Positions 26,401-37,900 of a DNA stretch of 64,000 nt are shown in pieces (within the stretch, counting starts at the first letter, position 1; each line of letters begins with the position of its first letter). Below the pieces are notes generated by a model. The model made no database searches, was not told the DNA's origin, and worked only from the letters and a program-made list of their open reading frames with translations. A program made the translations under genes and the position numbers. This stretch comes from a virus. Its lineage: Duplodnaviria > Caudoviricetes. Where the stretch lies: positions 14,399 to 78,398 of IMG/VR virus record IMGVR_UViG_3300033562_000989; one strand, given 5' to 3'.

Positions 26401-29400
26401 TAAAGATAATATAAAAGCATTAATTAAATCATTTAATGGTGAAATAGACGCGATAATACCTTTAATGAATAATCAAACTTTAAAATTAAAAAAATTAATT
26501 ATAAAAAATGGTATTAAAATGCAAGTTCCTAAAAATTTGGATTATATAGCTTATAATACTTTTGTAAACTTTACCTCTTATAAAGGAAAAGCAGCTTTTG
26601 ATGAAAAATTAGATAGTGATTGATTTGAAACTAATAAAGAACAGATTTTAAATCAATTAGCTAATAAAAAGTATTCTTCTTGGTTAAAACATCATCAAGT
26701 AGTAACTGCTCGTATACCTGCTCAATCTATGCAATCTTTTATGGAAATGTATAATATTGGATATCTTAAAACAAATAATAATGATGCTTATGTATCTATA
26801 TGGCAAATATGGTTGCAAGGATCTAAAACAAAAATTATTAAAATTTAAAATACAAAATTTCAACTTTAAATATATTTTTACCTTATAAACAAAAATATAT
26901 TTAAAATCATATTTTTTATTACGACCAATTTATTATCTTTGTATAATAATTAAAATAATAAAAAATGGCAACAAAATTAGAAGAAAAATTACAAATTATT
27001 GAGTTGAATAAACAAGGTTTAACCAATAAGCAAATTAGTGTAGAAATGCACAAATCTCCAACAACAATTCGAAAAGTATTAAATGAGTATAACTTAGAAT
27101 TTAATAGTGATAGAATTAAGATGATAAATAAAAAAGAAATAACTTATAATGCTGAACAAATAGAAGTATTATTGGGATCTTTATTAGGAGATATGTGCTT
27201 AACAAAAGAAACGGTTAATGCAAGATGTGCAATATCACATGGAGGAAATCAAGAGTTATATTTTGATCATAAATGTTCATTATTTCCAAATTTATTAGGA
27301 AAAATATGTAAAACTCCACGATATGATAAACGGACTGAAAAATACTATAATAAGTATTCTGTAAGAATGTTAGCACATCCTAACTTAACTGCTTTATACA
27401 ACGAATTATATATAAACGGAGTTAAAACAATAACTGTAAATTATTTAAATAAATTAACAGAAAGAAGTTTAGCTTATTGGTTTATGGATGATGGTGCAAA
27501 ACACGGAGTATTAGCTACAATGTGTTTTTCTGATTCAGAATTACAATTAATTCAAGAATTGTTTTTAAATAAATTCAATATAAGAACTAGAATTAATAAC
27601 CAAAAATGTATATGTATTGTTGTAGATGATCTATTGCAATTTGAAAAACTAATTTTTCCTTATTTGATACCAGAAATGTATTATAAATTACATAAATTGG
27701 ATCCAAATTCCGTGAACTGCGGGAAACTCCTTAGAGATTCAAATACTAACTCATAATGGTAACATATATGAGGGCGTTGCTAACTACAACGATATAGTAA
27801 AAAGTTTGAATATTGGACAATCCGCAACCAAGCCACCTATATAGGTGGAAGGCTCAACGACTAGTAAGACCTACGAATGGTAGGCGTAGGACTCAAGCGA
27901 GTCCGAAGTGCGGAACATTGTAATTTTACAATGATGATATAGTCTCGACTTATGAGAAATCATAAGAGTTATAATAAAAGCGATTATAACGTAAGATACG
28001 GATTTTGATATTGATAAAGCTTATGCAATGGCTTATGGGTTTAATAAAGATGGTCAATATGATATTTGAAGTCCTCTTTCTAATTACTCTAATGTAGAAC
28101 AATTAGAAGCTCTTGAAAATTTACCTGTTCCTAGTGGTAATATAGTAGAATTAAATGAAGGAGGTATTGGTACAGATCTTACAAACAATTTTATTAAATT
28201 TTTAGAATACGTTAAAACTAATAATATAATTAATATAGAAGATGCTACAAAAGATATGCCTCCAGATATATTAAATATGTTTGCTGACTCCTTAAGAAAA
28301 ATAAATAACTCTAATCAATTTGATAAAGTTTTTATAGGAATTACAGGAGAATCTGGTTTAGGTAATGAAGAAGAAATAATAGATACTAAAAATTTATTTA
28401 TATCTTTATTAAATTTACATAATGGAGATGAAAGTTATAAAAAGAAAGGTAATAGTATTAAAAATTCGGTAGTTTCTAAAATTAGAAAAATTATATCTTC
28501 TCCTAGTAATCAGATTTTAGCTAATACTCCTGTTAATATTAATCCTTTACATGATGGAGCTGCTAAAGCTCTTGAAATGAAATTAAAAAGAATAGAAGAA
28601 GGATTTAATTTAACTGAATCAGAAGGAACAGGATTTAAGGATTTTAATCAAAAAAAGATTATAGAGTATTTAGAACATTTAACTAATGAAAAAATTATTG
28701 GTAAAGATTATAAAGAATTTAAAAATTTAAAAGGAAAAGATTTAGCTTTAAAAATAAAAGAAATATTATTAAATAGATCTCGAAGAAAAGTTTTAATTTC
28801 AAGTTTTGATATGCTCTCTATGTTTAAACAGCAAGAAGATGCTAGTATAGGTAAGGCTGATGTTGGTATTGGAGCTAATGGCTTAAAAGTATTTTTTGCA
28901 TTAAGTAGTTATTATAATAATTGGTATGATTCAATAGATAGTGCAGAAGAATTAAATAAAACAGATTTCTTTACCAATAATAAAAGCTTTAGAAAAAAGT
29001 TTACAGTTAATGGTGAAACTAGATTAATTCATACACTTGCTAATGTTGGAATAAATAATGAGCAGTTAACTAAAATTTTAAATACCTATGGTTACGATGA
29101 ATTAAGTAGGCAACAATCAGCTTTAAGTACAAATCAAGCTGCTATTTCAATGTCAGCATTTGTTTCAGGAGCAACTGATAACGCTAAAGAACTTGTAATG
29201 GCTAAAATTAATGCTGTAGTAGAACTTGCAGGGATGCATTTATATATGTTTTCTTTAGGGTATAATGAAGATGAAGTAGCAATTTTTATGAACTCAAAAT
29301 TAGGATTATATATTAGTAAAAATCTTAAAACTAGTATGTATGATAATTTAGACAGAATTTATATATCTGATTTAATACAAAAGTATAAAGAAACAATCGT

Positions 29401-31237
29401 AGATGAAGTTGAATTATTAGAAGCTGATACTTTCAAAGATATATATAATGGGGCTCAAGAGTTTAAAATACTAGCTTCTATATTAGGTGTAAATCAAAAA
29501 ACTTCTGCTAATACCATAGAATTAAATAAATTTTTAACTAAATTAGAGAATGCTATGTATATGCAAGAAGATAAAGTTTTAAAGTATGATTTAGGTAAAT
29601 TAAAGTCTCCTGAAAAATGGGATGAAGTAATTAAAGGTTTACATGCCGGAAATAGTGATATAGATTTAAGTATTATTCAAAAAGTAATAGAAGAAAATTC
29701 ATTGTTAAAATTAAAATATGACAAAGGAGGAGAATATGCAACAGAAGTTATTAAGTATGTAAAAGATACTTTAGAAGCTGCTATGGATATTAAAATTAAT
29801 TACTTAGATGAAAATGGAGATATTAAAACTAAAACTGTAGATATAGTTGGAGGGGGATTTGATTTTAGATATTATATGTTTAGTAGCAATTATTCTTATA
29901 GAAAGGCCGCTGCAAACTACTATAATTTATTTAAAAACACAATAAATATCTTTGATTCCATAAATAATATGCCTCATTTTAAGGCTATGATTGATGGAGT
30001 AAATATAATACATGAGACCCTTTCTGTTATAAGTAAAAAGTATAACTTTGCATTTAATTATTCCAGAGATATTATTAAAAAATATGAAGCTGAATTATTA
30101 AAATCAAATAAAGATAATATTAAAAATAGATTTGGTAATAAAAATTTTGGAATAAAACAAGACGAAAAAGTTTTAGGAAGGCTATTTACATTTTATGATA
30201 AATTGGTAGTATTTTCTTGGCTAACTAATTTAAAAACTCCAAAGAAAAATGATTTAACAGTTATTCCTAAAGATATCAGTTTAAATATAACAGAATTATT
30301 AAGACAACATAATAAAATAAATGGGATAACACCTATAAATACTATAACTTTAGACACAAGTAATAAAGCTAAGATTTATTCTCGCAATGATGCTAGTTTA
30401 ATACGAAATTTATCTTTAAATAAAGACCAAAGAGAAATATCTGTTAATGATGATGAAGACTTTATTTTAGATATTAATTCTGATTATAATATAGCTAATT
30501 TTAAAATAGTTATGGAAGAATTGATTTATCCTATTTTATCAGCTTCAAAAAATTCTTCATTAGGGTCTAAATATCTTAATTTAGGGTCTGTTAGAAATTT
30601 ATATGGAAATTTTACTACTCAAATACTATCAACTTATCAATTAAATAGTTTGAATACTCCAGAAAGCGTACAGAAATTTTCTGAATTAACTTCTAATTTT
30701 AATGAAGTAGATCGTGTTATAGAGCCTGAATTAAAAATAAAGAATAATAAAGGCAAAGTTGTAGGTTATCAAGATTTACTTTATCTTTATAATTTAATAG
30801 TAAATAATGAATCTTATGGAGATAAAAGATTAACACCAATATTTGAAGATTATATTAAAAAACCAAATACTTTAGGGCAAGATTATTTAAATTATAGTAC
30901 TTTAGTAGATACTAAACAAGTAAATGTACTAGCTCCATGAGAGGACGTAGATAATATGGAAGGATTAGATGAAGAACAATCTAAAAATTTAAAAAATAAT
31001 TTAAAAATTGGATTAGAAGTAGCTATGTTACATAGTGCATTTCATGTACAAGGAGCTTTAGATATGGGTACTATTAATGATAAACTAATGAAAGTTGTAT
31101 TAAAAAATAGCAACTATGTTATAAATACTGAAATGGATTTAAATGATAATACTTCTACAGTTAAGTTTAACTTATTTAAAGCTATCCTCTCTAATATTAA
31201 TAATAAAAATCTAATAATAAACTTTAGGTGTGATTAA
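20438..31237 (+). CDS. Virion RNA polymerase (crAss-like two-barrel RNAP); exons 20438-26824 and 28001-31237; 3207 aa, TGA=Trp
   Basis: Splicing restores ARIPAQSMQSF...WLQGS|DFDIDK (catalytic DxDxD). Also KEITQLISAL, TGLGVVLNPSHG, KADVGIGANGLK and GATDNAKEL. Confidence 0.9.
26934..26941 (+). promoter_or_regulatory. -7 promoter element inside the intron, upstream of the endonuclease
   Basis: TATCTTTG 23 nt before ATG 26965; lies in a 15-mer identical to 3328-3342. Confidence 0.5.
26965..27756 (+). CDS. Intron-encoded LAGLIDADG homing endonuclease (LAGLIDADG_2-like) with N-terminal HTH
   Basis: LLGSLLGDMCL and SLAYWFMDDG motifs; no internal TGA. Confidence 0.88.
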   Translation: MATKLEEKLQIIELNKQGLTNKQISVEMHKSPTTIRKVLNEYNLEFNSDRIKMINKKEITYNAEQIEVLLGSLLGDMCLTKETVNARCAISHGGNQELYFDHKCSLFPNLLGKICKTPRYDKRTEKYYNKYSVRMLAHPNLTALYNELYINGVKTITVNYLNKLTERSLAYWFMDDGAKHGVLATMCFSDSELQLIQELFLNKFNIRTRINNQKCICIVVDDLLQFEKLIFPYLIPEMYYKLHKLDPNSVNCGKLLRDSNTNS

Positions 31238-31272
31238 ATACTTAAATCATATAAAAAAACATAAATATAAAA

Positions 31273-34200
31273 ATGGCTTGTAATTACTTTATAAAATTAC
31301 CAAATGGCGGAGAAATAAAACTCTCCGCCAATTTGGATATATTAACAGATAAAAAAGATAAAACTGCTATCAATTTAATACAGAAAGATATTAAAAGATA
31401 CTTAGATTTTAAAAAAATATATACAGAAAGCTCTATTAATGATGAAAAATTAAATAATTTAGAAAATTTAATTATTACAGATATTAAAAAATCTTATGGA
31501 TTTTTAAACAACGATGATATTAAGTCTATTATAAATAGAGATGATGTAAATGTTGGAAATATAATAGAAATTTTAAATAAATTAGTTAATGGAGATGAAG
31601 GAATGAATAATATGAAAGATTTTACTTCAATATTAAAATCTACTATTTTTAAAGAAGGAGATGTTGAAGTATTTTATAAATCTAAGAAAAAAGATTCTTT
31701 ATTTGAAAAAATTAATTTAACAACTTTTTATGAAAAAATAAGTAAACCAATTCATACGGAATATTTTAATAATATAAAAGGAGATGGACTTTTAAAAATA
31801 CAAACTCAAAATCAGGTTCATGCAGAACTTTTAAGAGAAATAAATTTTAATAAACATATGAATATAGAATATTCTGCAATAAACTCCTTAATAAACATTT
31901 TAAATAATCTCACAGATAAAAATACTAAGTTTTATAATATATACTTTAATGATCAAAAAGATGGGGAAGATGCAGTTGTTATAAAAGATGGTAATACGGA
32001 TATGATTTTTTATAATGGAGATAATGTTATTTCTTTATTAAATGGAGTTTTTAAATTAGGAGCTTCTAAGGTAAATATAGATCAATTAATTCCTATTTTA
32101 GTAGAATATAATAACAAACTTACTGAAGGAAGTAAAAATAAAATTAATTTAGAAGGCCTTACTTCTGAAAATTTCTTTAAAGGAGATTTTGAAGAAGATA
32201 ACTTTATAGAACCACAATTCAATAAAATATTTAAAACAAATGCATATAAAGAATTTTTACCTCGTATTATAGAATTAGTTTCAGTTTCTAATGATTTAGC
32301 AGAAGCTACTCAAGAAAAGCTCAAAAAATCATTAACTTCTTTATTTTCTTTTATAAATATTTCTAAAATGAATAATAAAGATTCTATCGAATTTAGAAAA
32401 TATAAAGAAGAAAATGAGAAGAATAATAAAATTTATACTGATCTTACAGGTAAAATTTATAAAAAAATCTTAGAAGCTAAAGATTTTTATTTTAATAGAA
32501 GAGAAGTTATAAATAAACCTAGTATAGCTGAAATATATGAGGAAATAAAAGCTAATATACTTTTAAATAGAGATATGATAAAAGTAGAAACAAAACTTCT
32601 TAAAGGAGAAAGAACCCAATATACGTCTTTTTATATAATACCTACTAAAATAGCCTATGGAGATAATACAGTGTTCGTAGAAGGTATTAAAATAGATAAA
32701 AATGGAGATATAATTAAAGCAACTGGGTATATTGTAGATAATAACTTAACTTTTAGAAAATATCAGCCAACAAATGAAATTATTAATACAAAAGATGCTG
32801 AAATGATTCCGGCTGAAGAATCTATAAACCTATTACCAAAAGAAAATGAACTTTATTTAAACAGATTAATTGTTACTAAAGCAGCTAAAAGAGGTAATTA
32901 TGTAAAATATATAGATAATAAAGGAAAGGAAAGAAAGGGAATTATAGCTTTTATTACTCCTGGAAAAATAGTTCTTAATTTAACTGGAAAACCTGGTAGC
33001 CTATTTAATCCGGAGTTACCAATAGATACGGTAACATCAATGACTATTGATAAAGCAACATTTGTAAATGAATTTTCAGAAGATTCTTTTACAGATGCAA
33101 ATTTAGAAGAGAAACAAGATATTTTAAAAAATGAGTTTGAAATTATTAATAACAAGGATAAAAAAACACCTTCTATTGTTGAGGGAGATATTATAATAGT
33201 CAAAGATAAAAAAGGAAGAAGTTTATATAATGAAGTAATAGATTCAACAATTAATAAAGTTTATATACTTATTAAAAATAATTCTGGTAAATATTGAATT
33301 GAAGAAAAAGATAAAAGTGATGCTATAACTGTATATAGAAAAAAGAATAGCTTTAATTATGAATATAATACTGCTGTTGATATAGCTAATTTTAAAAGAG
33401 ACTTTATTAAAAGCCCTAGTAATATATCTAAATATGAATATTCAATACTGGACAATTGATCTGAAATAGGAGATGGAGATTATTTAATCTCTAAAAAAAG
33501 TGGAGAAGATATAGTTTATAAAGTATTTAATAAAAAAAGTAATGAAGTAGTTAGATTAACTTTAAATGGTTCTAAAGGAATTTCTCATGAATACTCAAAT
33601 TTAGGAGATTTTAATTCCTCTGATTATATTCTTGTAACTTCTAGAAATATTTCTACTGTGTCTTCGATAAATATAGCAGAAATTAATAATAAGAAAATTT
33701 TAATAAACTCTACTGAAAATTTAGTAGGCAGAGATGATGTCTTAATTTTAACAGATTACACTGTTTATAATGATAATGAAAATGACAATGTTTTATTGCC
33801 ATCAGGTAATTACGTAGGAGGGCATACTAAATGAGGATCTCAACCATTAAATAGTAACGAAAAAAGTAAACTAAAAGAATTAAAAATAGCCTTAAAAGAA
33901 TCTAATAAAAAACCAGAAAAAATAGATGATTTAAGTTTATATTTAGAAATAATTAAGGGAAAAGATGGTAATAAAGAGTATCATAGAAGATACAATGAAT
34001 CTTTATATAAAGCTGATTTAGAAAAATTTCCTAATAATAGACAAGAAAAATTAAATTTATTAGGAAAGGAATCATTTGTAAGAGTTAAAACTTTAGAAAA
34101 TCAACAAAATCCCACTACTTTTAAAGTTATAGAGAAAATGGGAGATATTTTAAAGTTAGAATATAGTACTTTTTCTAAAAGTGGTAAAATTGTTTCGGTA

Positions 34201-34947
34201 TTTGCTACAATAGATTTGAGTAAAAATTCTGATGATATACTAGATTTTTGAGTAAGAAAAGGTACTGATAAACAAAAAAAATTAGAAAAACTTAATAAAA
34301 CAGATATTACTACTGTAGAAGTTAAAAAAGAAAGGCAACTTGAAAGAATAGAATTGATTAATAATGTTAAAAAAGTATTTAATGAAAAGGTGTTTGGAAT
34401 AACAATAGAGGATAGAAATGATAAAGACAGAAAAGATAAAAAAGCTTGGATTGAAACAGATACAAAAACTAATGAAACTAAAATAATATTAAATACAGCT
34501 ACTACTAAAACTACAAGTACTGATGTTTTACATGAATATTTACATTTATTTTTGATTGCTTTAAAATATAATAGTCCATCTGATTATGAACAATTACTGA
34601 CTAGTAAAATAACACAAACTAAGAATCAAACTATGCATAATATAGAAGAAATTTTTATAGACTTAGTGATAAATGCTTTAAAAGATGATAATTTAGAAAA
34701 ACTAGATAGTTTTGTAGATTTTTCTGATTTAATAAACAAAGCCTTAAAATCATTAGATATAAATACTAATTTTATAGACGGTTTGAGTAGTTTAGATATA
34801 TTAAATAAAAAAATGTTAGAAGTATTTGAAAATCTTAGTGGAGAAGTTAGTAAAACAGATAAAGGTCTTATTATTTTTGAATCTAGTTTTAGAAATTGAT
34901 TAGATGAACAGATAAAAGATAATAAACTAAAAATTATATGTAAATAA
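31273..34947 (+). CDS. Large ejection-type protein with zincin HExxH motif, 1224 aa, TGA=Trp
   Basis: Frame 1 from ATG 31273 to TAA 34945-34947 with only TGA interruptions; VLHEYLHLF at 34525-34551. Confidence 0.8.
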
Positions 34948-34958
34948 TAAAATGATAA

Positions 34959-37900
34959 ATGGCAAATTGTAATTATAAAATAAAAACAGTACAAGGAGAA
35001 AAAAGTACTTTTAGTTTAGAAGAATTAACTCAATTTTACTACAAAAGTAATAACCAACTTACAAATGGCAGCATATTCAGTTCTGAAGAAATAATAGAAA
35101 GCACTGAAAATATAATAAATAAATTACTGAATAATACAGATAACATTAGAAAAAATGATGATTTAAAATCTACTTATGAATTTAGTGGAGAAAAAAATGA
35201 AAAAATGTTTTCTAATTTAGGTATAAATAAGGAGAGATTAAATCCAGAATACGATAAAGAATCTAGAATTATAAATACTATTTTAAATAATTTAGTTGGT
35301 AATGGTATAAGTATTACTGGAATAGAAAAAGCTTTATCTGTATCAGAAATAGTAAATTGGTCTAAATATAGTGAAGATGTTAATAATAAAGTTTTTAAAT
35401 ACAAAAAAGATATAGAAGAAGTTATTTTATTAGAAGAAAAAACTAAAGAATTAGGAAATTCTATACATAGAATTTTAGCTAGATTAATAACTAATAAAGG
35501 GGAATTTTCTTCTTCTATAGAAAATGAATTATTAAAAGAATTAGAAAATAACAAAGATATTTTAGAAGGAGATTTAGATAACTGGGTTAAGCTTTTTGAA
35601 AAACAACTTACAAGAATTTATGAAAATTTATCTAAACAAGGTAAAATACTTAGTGAAGTAGTAGTTGGATCTGAAAAAAATGCTCCTGCCCAAATTAAAG
35701 GAGCTTTAGATATAATAGTTATAAGTCCTGATGGTGCAATACATATCTATGATTTAAAATTATCTAAAAATAAATATGAAGATTGAGACTCTGCTAAAAA
35801 GTTAACTACAGATAATCAATTAGCTCTTTATAGAGCATTAATGGGTCAATATGTAAAAATTAATAATTCTACTATGAGTGTTATTCCTATTGAATTAGGA
35901 ACAATGTTAAATGGCAAATTAAATATAGATTCTGTAAAATTAGGTAATATTGAAATTAGAAGTGGTGAAAGTGCCCTTCAATATAAAAGTGGGTCTATAT
36001 ATACACTAGTTAAAAAACTTATTCCAGAAAAAGTACACATTAGCCATGATCCAGAAAGAAGAATTAAATTTGAAACACATTTAAAACACATTCTTCCTAT
36101 AGATTATGAAATAAGAACTTCAAATAAGAAAAATGATGTAGAAGCTATGGTAGATAAAGCTATGAGAACACAATCATATTCTATATCTAATGAATACGGT
36201 AAAGAATTTGAAGGAGAAACTAGAGTTAAGGATTATGATAAAAAATCAAAAGAAGAAATTAGAGCAGAATTAACTGTTATAATTCAAAAATATATTGAAT
36301 TTGAAGAATCAATTAAAAATAGAAATTTAGTATCTCTTAAAAATCAAATAATAACTAGTATAACTGGAGGAAAACCTGTAGATGTTAAAGATCCTGATCA
36401 AAATATATTATTAGCAAATACATTAAAAGATTATATAACAGGAGAGTATGAAGTTATTGATAACATAGAAGAATTAGATAGTTTTGGGTTTATTTTATTA
36501 CAAAATAAAAGAACTTCTAAGTTTGTTCTTTTAAGTATTACATCTCATAATAAATATGCATCAATAGGAAAATCTAATATGTTATATGAAGAAGCTGAAT
36601 ATTTAAAATCTTTATTATTATTTAATAATTTTAAAGAAGATTTAGATTTAAATAGTACTGGAATAGAAGATATAGTTATTTTAAATTTAGAAGGAAAACA
36701 AGTTGGTAGTAAAACAGTAGATTTTTATTGGGAAAGTTTTAGAAACTTATTAAATAATAAGTCTGTGCCTTATACTTTAGAAAGAAATAAACCTAAACTT
36801 ATACAAACAGCTAGTAATATTTTAAGACAAAATTTAAGAGAAGCTCCAGAAAAAGAAAAAGAAGCCTTAATTAATATTATTGGTAATGAATATACTAGAT
36901 TTGAAGATATAGAAATAGAGAAATTAAAAGAAATTTTAAAATCTATGGCTCAAACTTACCCAGAATTAGTTTCAAATTTATTTACTTCTCCTAAATTAAA
37001 CTTTAAAAATAGAGAAGAGTATGTTTATGCTCTTTTAAATTGTCTTTTATTAAGAAAAACTAGGTTTAATATGTCTGGTGATTTTATGCACTTAAAAGAC
37101 TTTAGTATAGGATTTTCTGATATTAAAAGTTTATTAGCTTCTTTATATTCTGATAAACAAGAAGAATATGATGCAACGGCTAAAAAAATTATGGGATTAC
37201 CAGGAGGATTGAAAATGGTAACTCCGGATAGAGTAGGTTCTCAAGTATTACAAGATATTAATGGTATTATTACTTCAGGACACTCAAGTTATGCTCACAC
37301 TTATAATAAACAAGCAGTAATTTTTAATAGACTTACTACCAAGTTTGCTAAAGATATGAATTACTCTTCATTTGAACAGAATTTTGTTGGAGATCACCAA
37401 AATTTATTTAGAAATATGTGATTTTCTGAAAAAACTGGAAAAATTTCTAATGAGTGAAGGGTAAAAAATCCTTATAAATCAGATGTAGATAATGCTATGA
37501 GTGATACTGAAAGAGAATATTTAAAAAATATATTATCTCAAATTCGTAGACATACAGAAAAAATTACTGATGTAGATTTTAATAAAATAGATTTTAGTAC
37601 TTTAGAAACTATTAGAAATACGGATAAGACAGGTAAAATAATTAAATCTATAGAAGATGGAGATTATTTTTTAATGCCTTTAATTAGATCCCAACAAATA
37701 GATCGAAATAAAGATAGTATTAAAAGTTTAACAATTAGTGGATTAAAAGATCAAATTGTAGATAATTTAAATAATTTAATTGATACTAGAGAATTATCTT
37801 CTGATGACTTAAGAAATATTAAAACTGTACATGAAGGATTAACTGAAATGTATGATGTCTATGATAGAAGGAATAGAAATGCAAAATTTATAGCTGATAG

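Larger units (their letters stand above)
26825..28000 (+). mobile_element. Group I intron (1176 nt) in the vRNAP gene
   Basis: 5' exon ends in U (GGATCT) and the intron ends in G. Core elements: aactgcgggaaactcc (27715), caatccgcaaccaag (27818), ggctcaacgactag (27851), gatatagtct (27936), P9 cttatga-gaaa-tcataag. IGS GGATCC 27699-27704 pairs with the 5' exon. Confidence 0.93.

Noticed and set aside
27870-27915. GC-rich stems resembling a tRNA
   Set aside because: They lie between the P7 strands of the RNAP intron and show no cloverleaf or T-loop.
27991-28000. ATG-like sequences at intron 3' ends used as starts by the track (46227, 61909)
   Set aside because: The G of each ATG is the intron's terminal G; the downstream ORFs are second exons. 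The listed coordinates mark the equivalent 3' end of the RNAP intron for comparison.
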